Assembly (NCBI GenBank): GCA_031549365.1
Contig: JAVBPX010000003.1
Coordinates: 8,703-72,702 of the forward strand
Direction of reading: 5' to 3'
Length of the DNA stretch: 64,000 nucleotides
Source: Alphaproteobacteria bacterium
GTDB lineage: Bacteria > Pseudomonadota > Alphaproteobacteria > Rs-D84
Part shown: piece by piece, positions 41,388 through 52,474 of the stretch
Position numbering within the stretch: the first letter of the stretch is position 1
Layout: each line of letters starts with the position of its first letter
Program-made: the position numbers and the translations under genes
The notes under the pieces: model-generated
Told to the model about the DNA's origin: nothing
The model's input: the letters and a program-made list of their open reading frames with translations, nothing else
The model's database searches: none

Positions 41388-41846
41388 TTGTTACAAAATG
41401 AAAGTCATAAACCAAAGGATTATATTATGTGGACAAATAAAACATGGTTAAACAAAAAATGGGTTAATTTGCAAGCGATTACGAAAATCAAGAATAAAGC
41501 AGATAAATCATCTGTGGCAACAGAAGCAGAGTTTTCAGATTTTGAAAACGCTGAAATAGTAAAGTTTTTGGATTTGGGATATGGCCTGCGCTATGTTGGC
41601 GGAGCGATAAAGTTATACCACAGCCTGAAAGAGATTATGCCAATACTATCGAAACACAGATCAAACAATTCGGTGGACTTGGTTTGGAGCGAATCTTTGG
41701 AATATGAAATTGGGATAACAAGAGAATTACATCTTTTGGATAAGATTAAAGATTTAAAAAAAGAGCTTGCAGAAGTCGAATTAAAAAACATAGAAAAAGC
41801 GCGTAAATTAGTGGAAGATATGCGCGAAATATCAAACGGAAGATAA
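41388..41846 (+). CDS. hypothetical protein (ORFan cluster 2). The likely start is MWTNK at 41428.
   Basis: No domain recognised. It has a coiled-coil-like C-terminus and an upstream TTGACA. Confidence 0.45.
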   Translation: MLQNESHKPKDYIMWTNKTWLNKKWVNLQAITKIKNKADKSSVATEAEFSDFENAEIVKFLDLGYGLRYVGGAIKLYHSLKEIMPILSKHRSNNSVDLVWSESLEYEIGITRELHLLDKIKDLKKELAEVELKNIEKARKLVEDMREISNGR

Positions 41847-41847
41847 A

Positions 41848-42138
41848 ATGTCCCCATATCCCAGTCCCAGAAAAATTAAAAAATTATGCAATCACCTCAT
41901 CGATTTAGCCCACAGTTCTGGTTTAACTTTTTCAGAACGCCGACGTTGTTTGTCCTTGGCCGAAATGCTGTTAATAATGTCCAACAACCCCAATACCCCA
42001 ATCGATGCGGTTAAATTTACATACGATGTGGCAATGTCCCACGCAAACACAGTTGAATATAATAAAAGAGATCGTTACCTGAAAAATTTAAAGCATTTGG
42101 GACAACGCGCCATCGAAAAATTTAATCTGGGCCGATAA
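41848..42138 (+). CDS. hypothetical protein (ORFan cluster 2)
   Basis: 96 aa. C-terminus is ..DVAMSHANTVEYNKRDRYLKNLKHLGQRAIEKFNLGR, which resembles the C-terminus of the 28205 ORF. Confidence 0.45.
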   Translation: MSPYPSPRKIKKLCNHLIDLAHSSGLTFSERRRCLSLAEMLLIMSNNPNTPIDAVKFTYDVAMSHANTVEYNKRDRYLKNLKHLGQRAIEKFNLGR

Positions 42139-42177
42139 GTTCGGCCATTTTTTTATAAATAAACCCGATATTAATTC

Positions 42178-42205
42178 TTGACAAAATGATTTATTGTGCT
42201 AGATT
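42178..42205 (+). promoter_or_regulatory. sigma70-like promoter: TTGACA, a 16-nt spacer, then TAGATT. RBS AAGGAGAG follows.
   Basis: A consensus -35 box with good spacing, upstream of the ATG at 42240. Confidence 0.5.
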
Positions 42206-42239
42206 ATGACTATAACGACCATAATCAAAGGAGAGCGAT

Positions 42240-42584
42240 ATGGACCGGAATCAATACAAATCAAAATTTTTCTCGGAATCCACACCATTGAACATACCAT
42301 GCGCTGCCGATTTGCTGGAAATGTTCCAAGAAACGCGCGACGTTACCGGATTAAAGAAAAGAGAACGCTCATTACGCGCCCATTTTTATCGTAAATGTTT
42401 ACGCGCCATTAACGAGTGTATAATGATTTCCGATTCTGATTTATGTGAAATGGCAAAGTTCGCACATAAATTGGAAAACATGAAAGAAAAACAAGAACAA
42501 TCAATGTTGCACTTGGATTATTTAAACAGCCCTGCAATTTATGGATCACATTTACGTTATATTGAACGCAACAACGGAAAATAA
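42240..42584 (+). CDS. hypothetical protein (ORFan cluster 2)
   Basis: 114 aa with a strong RBS. Confidence 0.5.
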   Translation: MDRNQYKSKFFSESTPLNIPCAADLLEMFQETRDVTGLKKRERSLRAHFYRKCLRAINECIMISDSDLCEMAKFAHKLENMKEKQEQSMLHLDYLNSPAIYGSHLRYIERNNGK

Positions 42585-42595
42585 GAGGAAAAATT

Positions 42596-43078
42596 ATGAC
42601 AAAAAGAATTAATATCCCTGAAAACTATCGCCCTTCGATAAATGATTTTATTTCATTGAACGACTTGTTATTAAAGCTGAAAAATGTAAAGAGATTATCC
42701 CAACACCGCGCACTAGTTAACACATGGCAAAAACAATGCGAAGCCATTGCTGATTTTTTGGTAGCCCAAGTGAAAAACGATATGATAATAACTCGGAAAC
42801 TCCCAAATCAGGAAAAACATAACATGGCCCGCAATGGGTTTATAACCGATCAAAACCATGTTGATTTCTTTCATAAAATTGCGGATTTTGCATTAAATGC
42901 CCGTCCTATGGTTTCAAATAATGTTTTGAATTCCATTGAATGCTCCAAAGACGATTTCCAGGAACATTATGCAGAAATGGCCCCCATTGTGCATGTTGTT
43001 GAAGATAAAAAGTTTTACAGCCCATTGTCAGAAATCAGGGCCAGCGCAAATTCCAAATATCACCTGGCCAGCAAATAA
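42596..43078 (+). CDS. hypothetical protein (ORFan cluster 2)
   Basis: 160 aa with RBS AGAGGAAAAATT before the ATG. Confidence 0.5.
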   Translation: MTKRINIPENYRPSINDFISLNDLLLKLKNVKRLSQHRALVNTWQKQCEAIADFLVAQVKNDMIITRKLPNQEKHNMARNGFITDQNHVDFFHKIADFALNARPMVSNNVLNSIECSKDDFQEHYAEMAPIVHVVEDKKFYSPLSEIRASANSKYHLASK

Positions 43079-43099
43079 TATTTTGCGTTAATTTAAACA

Positions 43100-43131
43100 A
43101 AAATCCCCGGGGCACCCTTGGGGATTTTTTC
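43100..43131 (+). terminator. terminator after ORFan cluster 2
   Basis: aaatcccc-ggggcaccctt-ggggatttttt. Confidence 0.6.
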
Positions 43132-43217
43132 ATATTAAAAAACTATAAAAAATAAAAAAATCAAGTAATTTTTTTAATAAATGGTGCCGTATATCCGCCA
43201 TTTTTTGATTTTTATGA

Positions 43218-44345
<1,128 letters not shown>

Positions 44346-44436
44346 TACAAAAATGTCAAATTTTTAAAAATTTCCCTTGAAATTACAATAATTATCATGT
44401 ATATTGGGCCGCATACGAATAAAACAGAGGTATATT

Positions 44437-44646
44437 ATGAAAAAAGGAATTCACCCAGAATATCACACAATCAAAGTAACTTTGGTTGATGGAAAAACAG
44501 TTGAAATGTTTTCTTCTGTTAAAAAAGACATGGTTTTGGACACAGATCCAACAAACCACCCTGCTTGGACCGGCAACCGCGTTGTTGCAGATCGTGGACA
44601 ACGTTCAGACAGCTTTAAAAAGAAATTTTCTGGCTTTAAATTTTAA
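44437..44646 (+). CDS. rpmE: 50S ribosomal protein L31
   Basis: MKKGIHPEYHTIKVTLVDGKTVEMFSSV... Start is the ATG at 44437, internal to the TTG-initiated ORF-track entry. Confidence 0.88.
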   Translation: MKKGIHPEYHTIKVTLVDGKTVEMFSSVKKDMVLDTDPTNHPAWTGNRVVADRGQRSDSFKKKFSGFKF

Positions 44647-44712
44647 TTTAATGGGGTTTTGTTAAAAAGCCCCATATCTTTTTGTAAATATGTAAACAAC
44701 GGGAGTTATAAA

Positions 44713-45453
44713 ATGACATTAACAAATGAAATTCGTATCAAAGGTTCGCAAACATTAAACCAAATGTTCGAAGCATTAACGAAAACAGCCCGCGGTTTAC
44801 AACGCGATTTCGGAGAAATCGAAAATCTACAACGTTCTTTAAAGGGGTCAACTGGATTTGTTGAAAAAGCAATTCAGAGGATCGAAGCAATGATTTTATC
44901 CGATTTACAATTGGTTCGCCCTCACGCCGGCGTCATTACAACAAATGTTTCCAAAATGGGAACCCAGGACGAAGAATTCATATTATCATTATCCGGTGCC
45001 GACAATTTTGTTCGTGGAATTTCACATTTTGCTATTTCATTGGCATTACGCGTACGCGGCAATGTTGAAATCGCATTAATTTACAGTCCAATTGATGATC
45101 GGTTATATTATGCCGAGGCTGGCGAAGGCGCATACATATTTTCACCATTTCATCGTCAACGCATGCGCGTATCGGAACGTATGGATCCGGCCGATATTTT
45201 CGTTGGAACGGATATGTTATCGCATGAACAATTGAAAAAAATTCCATTTAATCATATTCGTTTAACTGGATGCCCTGCACTGGATATGGCATGGGTTGCT
45301 GCCGGCAAATTTGATGCTTTGATTATGGAGCAAAAAAATTACGCTGAAATCGCAGCCGGGGATTTAATCATCCGCGAATCAAATGGATTGATTATTTCCG
45401 ACGATAACGGTATTATTTGTATAAACACAGCATTAAAAGATACAAAATTTTAA
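44713..45453 (+). CDS. inositol monophosphatase/SuhB-family homologue with degenerate catalytic motifs
   Basis: IMPase-fold signatures are present (..HFAISLA.., ..AAGDLIIRESNG..). But DPIDGT is replaced by SLSGAD, GEESG by NVS, and WD-AAG by YAEIAAG. Confidence 0.6.
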   Translation: MTLTNEIRIKGSQTLNQMFEALTKTARGLQRDFGEIENLQRSLKGSTGFVEKAIQRIEAMILSDLQLVRPHAGVITTNVSKMGTQDEEFILSLSGADNFVRGISHFAISLALRVRGNVEIALIYSPIDDRLYYAEAGEGAYIFSPFHRQRMRVSERMDPADIFVGTDMLSHEQLKKIPFNHIRLTGCPALDMAWVAAGKFDALIMEQKNYAEIAAGDLIIRESNGLIISDDNGIICINTALKDTKF

Positions 45454-45463
45454 GAGGTTTGAA

Positions 45464-45895
45464 ATGAATTATCATATCGACAGACACTATTCAGATGACA
45501 TTCGTGGTCAAAGCCAAAATAAAAAACCATTTGCGGACGCCGCGTCTTTGAATAAATCAATTGAACTATTGGAAGCCATAATCAAAAAATGCAATTCCAA
45601 AAATGGGAATCCTTTCATTGCCGCCAGGGCAATGAAACTGGTTTTTCGGGCAAAAAAGTTGATGGCAGAATCGGAAAATCCCGCATATACAGTTAAAACC
45701 ATTGCAAAAAATGGGCCCGCAAAAGATATCGAACAATTACCACGTGTATTAAAAGCAGACTTGACCCATATCCAAGGCGAGATGGACACATTTATTAAAA
45801 TGGCCAGAGGAAACGAAACCTTGAGCCCTGTTGTAGCAAAGATTATTGGTCTGTGTCTTGAACATATTGCGAAAGACAAAATCCACGGGATATGA
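45464..45895 (+). CDS. hypothetical protein
   Basis: 143 aa with no recognisable domain. Confidence 0.45.
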   Translation: MNYHIDRHYSDDIRGQSQNKKPFADAASLNKSIELLEAIIKKCNSKNGNPFIAARAMKLVFRAKKLMAESENPAYTVKTIAKNGPAKDIEQLPRVLKADLTHIQGEMDTFIKMARGNETLSPVVAKIIGLCLEHIAKDKIHGI

Positions 45896-45915
45896 AAAAA
45901 TCCCCAATCTCGGGA

Positions 45916-46638
45916 TTATATCAAATCATCCAAATTTCCGGCATCACGCAAAATATGTTCGGACGTGGCCGTATATGAATGGTCATCATTATGAACAATT
46001 ATGCCCGCATAAAATTTTGATGGGGATTTTACGCCCAATCGCGCCCGCAATAATATTCGTTCCGCAACACCGGTTTTAACAGACGAAATTAATGGGACGA
46101 CAGTAATATCAAATGCGTTCGAATCATGACACGCGGCAATAATTTGGGACGCCCCGCCCGCATCCACAATTGTGTAAAAATATCCGCGCGGCTTTACACG
46201 TTTAATGCAATTTTTGGTCCAGGCATACAAATCAATTGCGGTATGTGCGCCGGACTTTAATTTATTTGGGGATGATGCGCCCGCAAAAAATGGTGGGTTC
46301 GTTACAACAATATCGAATGTATCACGAATCTTGGGCTTTAAAATGTCCGCGTTTATCAATGTCAATTCGCGTTCATTTAAATCCGCGTTTTGTTGGCAAA
46401 TTGTCAACATATCGACATTATTATCAACGCCTGTAATTTTGGCAGATGGGCAACGTTCCAACATGGACAAAGCCACCCCGCCCGTTCCGACACCAACATC
46501 CAGGACGGCTTTCCCATTCCCATTAACCCAAGACGCCAACCAAACCGCATCTGTGGACACGGCGTATCCTGGGTTGGTTTTTAAAAATTTAACCCGCCCG
46601 CCCAAGACTGTTGAAAAATTTGTTTGTTTACTGGACAT
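45916..46638 (-). CDS. class I SAM-dependent N6-adenine (NPPF-motif) methyltransferase, TrmN6/YfiC-like
   Basis: VLDVGVGTGGVALSM is SAM motif I. VVTNPPFF is motif IV. Confidence 0.7.
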   Translation of the reverse strand: MSSKQTNFSTVLGGRVKFLKTNPGYAVSTDAVWLASWVNGNGKAVLDVGVGTGGVALSMLERCPSAKITGVDNNVDMLTICQQNADLNERELTLINADILKPKIRDTFDIVVTNPPFFAGASSPNKLKSGAHTAIDLYAWTKNCIKRVKPRGYFYTIVDAGGASQIIAACHDSNAFDITVVPLISSVKTGVAERILLRARLGVKSPSKFYAGIIVHNDDHSYTATSEHILRDAGNLDDLI

Positions 46639-46696
46639 TTTGCCCCCATTATGTTTATAATAGCATAGCAATTTTTATTAACAAAAGGCAAGTTTC

Positions 46697-47095
46697 ATGT
46701 TTTCATTCATATGCCCAGCAAATGACGCCGGATCCAGCATTGCAAACACAGCGTGCAGCGCGTTTCAAAATTCCGCATTGACTCCGCCAATGTTTTTTAC
46801 TGTATTTTTAATGATGTTATTGGTTTATGCCGGTGTTTATTTTTTGGCAGACGTTATATTGGAAAAATGGTTATCCGATAAAAAACGCCGCCCATATATA
46901 ATTAATATGTTTGTTTTAGGCGTAATATTCATTTGGGCTCTGTTGTTTCAGGGGGACGATTCCGCCATGCGTGCTGGATTTTCTGTTGCGTATATTTTAA
47001 TTGCATCTGTTTTATTTGTGTCTGGATTTGTTTTGTCTTATTTATATACAGGGCAAAAAATGTCCGATAATGGCACGAAAAAGAAAAAGGATTAA
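46697..47095 (+). CDS. hypothetical inner-membrane protein
   Basis: 132 aa with 3 predicted transmembrane helices. Confidence 0.45.
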   Translation: MFSFICPANDAGSSIANTACSAFQNSALTPPMFFTVFLMMLLVYAGVYFLADVILEKWLSDKKRRPYIINMFVLGVIFIWALLFQGDDSAMRAGFSVAYILIASVLFVSGFVLSYLYTGQKMSDNGTKKKKD

Positions 47096-47097
47096 TC

Positions 47098-47859
47098 ATG
47101 TTGGGCGTAATATTTTTATTAATGTCTGTTGTATGTGGATATATTTTTTGGCAAAAAAAATTGCCACGGAATCGTTGGTTTAAACCGGCTGCCATTTTGT
47201 TTTTTATTTTGGGCGTTGGATTTTCGGGTCATCCGTCATGGATTGGATTTTTATTACCAATTGCCGCCGTTGGATGCGGATTGATTGCCGGGCATGCGTG
47301 GGCAAAATACAAAACTGTGCCGACCGCGATGCTATCAAATTATTTGGTAATTACAATTTCAGCAATTATTTGGTTGGCAACCGCCGCGATCGTTATGCAA
47401 CCAGAATATTTCCAATTCGGTCGCATGGGTTATTTAACAGTATTTCATTTGGTGTTTTTAATTGCGATTGCAATGATTGCGCCATTTGTTATTTCAATGG
47501 GGATTTTTACAAAAATTAAACGCGAAAAAACGTTTTTAAATGCGGCAACACATAAACACGCCATTATGTTATTGCGCTTGTTAATGTTGTTGGGATTGCT
47601 GTTGTTCGCAATGACTGAATCCGTTTTAATGTTTTTGATGATATCCGTTATATCGGCCGCAATTGCAGGCGTTTCCGGTGGCCATTTATTGTCGACCCAA
47701 ACAAAACATATCCCAGATATGCTGTTTTCAATGTGGTTAATTTTATTGGGATTATTTGGAATTATTACAATTTTGCCTGTATTAACAATCGTTGCTATAT
47801 TATTATGGGTTGCGAATACGCCAAAAAATTTATGGAAAAATATTCGAGAATTAATTTAA
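47098..47859 (+). CDS. hypothetical polytopic membrane protein
   Basis: 253 aa with 6-7 hydrophobic helices. Confidence 0.45.
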   Translation: MLGVIFLLMSVVCGYIFWQKKLPRNRWFKPAAILFFILGVGFSGHPSWIGFLLPIAAVGCGLIAGHAWAKYKTVPTAMLSNYLVITISAIIWLATAAIVMQPEYFQFGRMGYLTVFHLVFLIAIAMIAPFVISMGIFTKIKREKTFLNAATHKHAIMLLRLLMLLGLLLFAMTESVLMFLMISVISAAIAGVSGGHLLSTQTKHIPDMLFSMWLILLGLFGIITILPVLTIVAILLWVANTPKNLWKNIRELI

Positions 47860-48753
47860 TTAATCCGTTAATCCGACCAAACCATTTACATAATCACGCG
47901 CATTAAAAGGACGTAAATCGTCCAGTTTTTCACCGAACCCAACAGCATATACCGGCAATGGATTTTTGGTTTTTGATGCGTATGAAATCAAAGCCCCGCC
48001 GCGTGAAGACCCATCCAATTTTGTAATTATAATTCCTGTTAATGGGGAAATTTTTGCAAAATGTTCAATTTGCAATAATGCGTTTTGCCCCGTTGTTCCA
48101 TCCAAAACCAATACTGATTCGTGTGGCGCATCTGGGATAACCTTTTGAATTACGCGTGTGATTTTGCCCAATTCATCCATTAAATCGGAACGTGAATGCA
48201 ATCGTCCAGCGGTATCCAATAAAACGATGTCGGCACCCTGTTTTAATCCCAATTCAGTCGTAGAATACGCAACGGCCGCCGGATCACAACCAATTTTTGA
48301 AACCATTTCAACGCCGGCACGTCCAGCCCATACATCCAATTGTTCAACCGCTGCGCTGCGGAATGTATCACATGCACCGATTAAAACTTTTTTGCCGTCC
48401 GCTTTCCATTGATTGGCCAATTTGCCGATCGTTGTGGTTTTCCCAGCACCGTTCACGCCGGATATTAAAATAACCGTTGGCGTGGCATCAAAATGCCATG
48501 TACATTCCAATGGTTGGACCATTGGGAACATAATATCAGATAATGCAGATTTAATTTCTGTATCTGTAACATCGTCGCCCGGTTTAAACTTTGATCGTAA
48601 TTTCACAATAATATCGTTTGCAACGGACGCATCAATATCTGCACCGATTAATAATTCCAATAAATTTTCCAGCGTTTCAGCATCCAATTTTTTTGATTGA
48701 AAAACGGATGCGATTTTATTGCCCAGGCGTGAAAATAATCCCATATTATTCAA
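47860..48753 (-). CDS. ftsY: signal recognition particle receptor FtsY (NG domains only)
   Basis: GVNGAGKTTTIGKLA and DTAGR are SRP GTPase motifs. Confidence 0.88.
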   Translation of the reverse strand: MNNMGLFSRLGNKIASVFQSKKLDAETLENLLELLIGADIDASVANDIIVKLRSKFKPGDDVTDTEIKSALSDIMFPMVQPLECTWHFDATPTVILISGVNGAGKTTTIGKLANQWKADGKKVLIGACDTFRSAAVEQLDVWAGRAGVEMVSKIGCDPAAVAYSTTELGLKQGADIVLLDTAGRLHSRSDLMDELGKITRVIQKVIPDAPHESVLVLDGTTGQNALLQIEHFAKISPLTGIIITKLDGSSRGGALISYASKTKNPLPVYAVGFGEKLDDLRPFNARDYVNGLVGLTD

Positions 48754-49939
48754 CCTCTCTTAATGCTTCGACGCCGGGTAATTTTTTCCCTTCGACAAAT
48801 TCCAAAAACGCCCCGCCGGCGGTCGAAACATACGTCATATCATTCATTGTATTTGTTGCATTAATTGCGGCCACCGTGTCGCCACCACCACAAATGCTTT
48901 CAATTTTTCCCATCTTGGTTTGTTCCGCCAAATGATTTGCTATTGCGAATGAGCCACGTGAAAAATTCGCCCATTCCGCCATTCCAACGGTTCCATTCCA
49001 AATAACCATTTTGGATTTATCAATCGCCGCCAATTGTCGTTCTGTTGAAATTGGACCCGCATCCAAAATAACATCATCCGGTTCAATTTTATTCATATCA
49101 CGGAATATCGGATCGGATTCTGGCGCATACTTTTTTGCAATCGTTTTATCAACAGGCAATATTAATTCACAGCCGTATTGTTTTGCCAATTCCATGATTT
49201 CCAGGGCTGTTTCCTTCATTGTTGGTTCATACAATGAATCCCCAACCGCATATCCCATAGCATAACAAAAGGTAGTCCCCATTGCACCGTCAATTATCAT
49301 TGAATTTACTGATTTTATTAAATTTTTTAATACATCAATTTTTGTTGAAACTTTGGATCCTGCGATAATTGCCAATACTGGTTTTTTCGGATTATCAAAA
49401 ATAGACGACAATGCGTTTACCTCGGCGTGCATTAACAAACCAGCATAAGAAGGCAAAATTTGTGTAACACCATACGTGGACGCATGGGCCCGATGGGCTG
49501 TTGCAAATGCGTCATTTACAAAAATATCGCAATTTAATGCCAATTGTTTTGCAAACTCTGGATCGTTGGCCTCTTCCCCCGCATAAAACCGTAAATTTTC
49601 CAATAAAATAACGTTGCCTGGGTTTAATTTTAAAATCTCGGCATCGACAACCGGCCCAATGCAGTCATTAACAAACGGGACACTAGTTCCCAAACGTTCG
49701 GATAATAAAGGAGCGATTGGTTTCAAAGTCAAACTTTCGTCCCGCCCATTTGGACGACCCAGATGTGATATAACAACAACCTTGGCCCCACGTGAAATCA
49801 AAGATTTAATTGTTGGGATGATTTGATCAATTCGAAATGTATCTGTTACAACACCATCAACCATTTGAACATTTAAATCGGCACGTAATAAAACGACCTT
49901 GCCCTGAATCGGCGCCAAAGACATATCTTTTAATTTCAT
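48746..49939 (-). CDS. pgk: phosphoglycerate kinase
   Basis: 397 aa with VLLRADLNV at the N-terminus and a GGGDT-like motif. Confidence 0.9.
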   Translation of the reverse strand: MKLKDMSLAPIQGKVVLLRADLNVQMVDGVVTDTFRIDQIIPTIKSLISRGAKVVVISHLGRPNGRDESLTLKPIAPLLSERLGTSVPFVNDCIGPVVDAEILKLNPGNVILLENLRFYAGEEANDPEFAKQLALNCDIFVNDAFATAHRAHASTYGVTQILPSYAGLLMHAEVNALSSIFDNPKKPVLAIIAGSKVSTKIDVLKNLIKSVNSMIIDGAMGTTFCYAMGYAVGDSLYEPTMKETALEIMELAKQYGCELILPVDKTIAKKYAPESDPIFRDMNKIEPDDVILDAGPISTERQLAAIDKSKMVIWNGTVGMAEWANFSRGSFAIANHLAEQTKMGKIESICGGGDTVAAINATNTMNDMTYVSTAGGAFLEFVEGKKLPGVEALREVE

Positions 49940-50090
49940 TTTTGTTATCCCCCTGTGGTATTGATATTTTACATAAATATATATGGGTTATCAAGCATCC
50001 TTTTTCAAGAATGCGACTGTGTTAAACCAAAGCTTGTTGCAAGGACAGCTATATTTTGACGGCGAAACATTAAAACTATTTTACTGCCGT

Positions 50091-50753
50091 TCATGATTTA
50101 AATTTATCTGGCGTTGGTTTGATGTCCAAAATATCACGCACAGGCCCAAACGATTTGCGATAATGTTCATTTACGCCATATTTTTTAATTGCCGACAAAT
50201 GATCTGCCGTTGGGTATCCCTTGTTTTTCACCCAATTATATTCCGGATATTGTTCGGATAATTTCGCCATTAAACGATCGCGCGTAACCTTGGCCACAAT
50301 GGACGCAGCAGCAATTGATTTCGAAATTGCATCACCAGATACCACCGCGGATCCAAATAAATCCCGCGGCAAACGATTGCCATCAACCAAACAAAATTCA
50401 GGCGCCTGCGGCAACGCGTTCCGCGCCCGATCCATGGCGGCCATGCTGGCCCATAATATATTTAATTCATCAATTTCGGATGGGGCAGATTCCGACACGG
50501 CAATATATACCCGGCCACAATCCATTTCATTATATAAAAATTCAAATGCGGATTCTCGCGCACGTTCGGTCATTTTTTTAGAATCAGTTATAATTTTGCC
50601 CCACGATTTATCATGCCATAATTCAGACGATATCATTACGGCCGCCGCCACAACCGGCCCACACAAAGGGCCACGCCCGGCTTCGTCAATGCCGGCAACA
50701 AATTTGTAACCAGATTCAATTTCCAGATTAAAGTGCGTTGGATTCTTTTGCAT
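50091..50753 (-). CDS. rnhB: ribonuclease HII
   Basis: VAGIDEAGRGPLCGPVVAAAV. The start is uncertain. The ORF track extends it to 50804, overlapping slt. Confidence 0.8.
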   Translation of the reverse strand: MQKNPTHFNLEIESGYKFVAGIDEAGRGPLCGPVVAAAVMISSELWHDKSWGKIITDSKKMTERARESAFEFLYNEMDCGRVYIAVSESAPSEIDELNILWASMAAMDRARNALPQAPEFCLVDGNRLPRDLFGSAVVSGDAISKSIAAASIVAKVTRDRLMAKLSEQYPEYNWVKNKGYPTADHLSAIKKYGVNEHYRKSFGPVRDILDIKPTPDKFKS

Positions 50754-52473
50754 TGCGTGCCGCCATATTGTCATCGGCCGCATAATATTTTGGCCATTGA
50801 CCATTTGCCAATTCAGTAATCGATGTTAATGGTTGACCCAAACGCGCACGGTAAAGCCACAAATTGGTCAATACACGCTTTGTATAATCTCGGGTTTCAC
50901 GCGCGGGATAGCTTTCGATGAATAATAACGGATCCTCGGTCGAAAAACGCTTTTCCCATTTCAATAATGTTCCGGCACCAGAATTATATGAAATCAACAT
51001 TTTTACCAAATTATTGTCGATATATGATTTATCCAATAAATCCGCGACCAATTTTTGTCCTAAAAACATGTTGTGTTCTGGCTTGGATAAATCCAAAGAA
51101 TTTAATTTAACATTATTCTTGGCGGCCATCAATTTCGCAGTCTTTGGCATTAATTGCATGATCCCTGTTGCGCCCGCCCGGGATTTTGCGTTTGCCTTGA
51201 ATTGGGATTCCTGTTTTGCAATTGCAAATAATAATGCACGATCAACTTCCCATCCGTGCATTGGTTCCCAATCTGGAACTGGATATTGGGCGGCAATGAT
51301 AATGTCGCGGTCGATATCCAAAATACCCTTGTCCCGCATAACGCGTCCCATTTGCAGGGATAAACGTGGTAATTCCGCAGCCTCGGACAATGCGTGAATT
51401 GCATTTAACAATGCATCAGACGCCGATTCGGTTACAATCAAACGCAAATGCTGTTCGGCGTATTCCGGTTTGCCAATTTGCATAAACGCCATGGCACGAA
51501 CACCGGCTGGTTGTTTCATTAATTCTTCGACGTTGCGACGCGTCATACCCGATTCGTAAAATGTGTATTCTGGTGTGCGACCCAACATTGCGGCAGATAA
51601 TGCGCCATAAAATAATTGTGGTTTTTCCGCACCAATTTCAAAATATTTGCTCGCAGCCGAATTTTTACCAGCCAATTCAGATGAACGCCCGGCCCAAAAT
51701 GCGCCTTCGATTTTTCGCGCTTGGTTAACATGGGACAATTTGGTCAATCCGTCAAAATATTCAATGGCTGTATCATATTCCCCTGACTTGAACGACATCA
51801 AACCCATGGTCCAGAGCCCATATTCCGATTTTGCATCAGCACTGATTTTTCCATATTCCGCGGCGTTATCAAAATATCCATCGGCATAATAAACAAAAGC
51901 CAATCGACCGCACAAACGACCGTAATCTTCGGCGCTCAGATTTTTTTTGAAATTTTTATCCGCCAACAAATCCCGCGCATTTTTAGTTTTACCATGACGC
52001 AACGCATTTTGGAATTTTTTAATATTTTGTCCTGTTGCGCCCGAATATGTTTTTTTGGTCCAGCTTTCTGATTCTGCCCATTCCGATTCGCGACCATTAA
52101 TTAATCCAGATGTTGATTTTGGTGCCCGGGTTGCATTTTTTGCATTTGCCCCACCCTTTTTCAATGCCATTTTATAAATGTTTGTGGCACCAGGGGCATA
52201 ACTATATTCATGCATCCAGTCCGCCAATTCACGATAAGTCGATGTATAGCCCCGCGCCATATAACGTTCATATAATACGGCCGACATTAAAATTGGATCT
52301 TCGATTTCACGATCCAATTTTTTTGCCTCGGCAAATTTGCCAGCGTTCTGTAATTTAAAAATTTCAACATATCTATTGGCGTCGTCATCGGACAAAATTA
52401 TCGGCAAATCATTCGCAGCAAACGACGTAATCGGCAATAACGCCAAGAACAACATTACGATTATTTTTTTCAT
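50728..52473 (-). CDS. slt: soluble lytic murein transglycosylase (Slt family)
   Basis: Signal peptide MKKIIVMLFLALLPITSFA. An N-terminal superhelical region. An SLT domain ..ESQFKANAKSRAGATGIMQLMPKTA. Confidence 0.8.
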   Translation of the reverse strand: MKKIIVMLFLALLPITSFAANDLPIILSDDDANRYVEIFKLQNAGKFAEAKKLDREIEDPILMSAVLYERYMARGYTSTYRELADWMHEYSYAPGATNIYKMALKKGGANAKNATRAPKSTSGLINGRESEWAESESWTKKTYSGATGQNIKKFQNALRHGKTKNARDLLADKNFKKNLSAEDYGRLCGRLAFVYYADGYFDNAAEYGKISADAKSEYGLWTMGLMSFKSGEYDTAIEYFDGLTKLSHVNQARKIEGAFWAGRSSELAGKNSAASKYFEIGAEKPQLFYGALSAAMLGRTPEYTFYESGMTRRNVEELMKQPAGVRAMAFMQIGKPEYAEQHLRLIVTESASDALLNAIHALSEAAELPRLSLQMGRVMRDKGILDIDRDIIIAAQYPVPDWEPMHGWEVDRALLFAIAKQESQFKANAKSRAGATGIMQLMPKTAKLMAAKNNVKLNSLDLSKPEHNMFLGQKLVADLLDKSYIDNNLVKMLISYNSGAGTLLKWEKRFSTEDPLLFIESYPARETRDYTKRVLTNLWLYRARLGQPLTSITELANGQWPKYYAADDNMAARNAKESNAL

Positions 52474-52474
52474 T

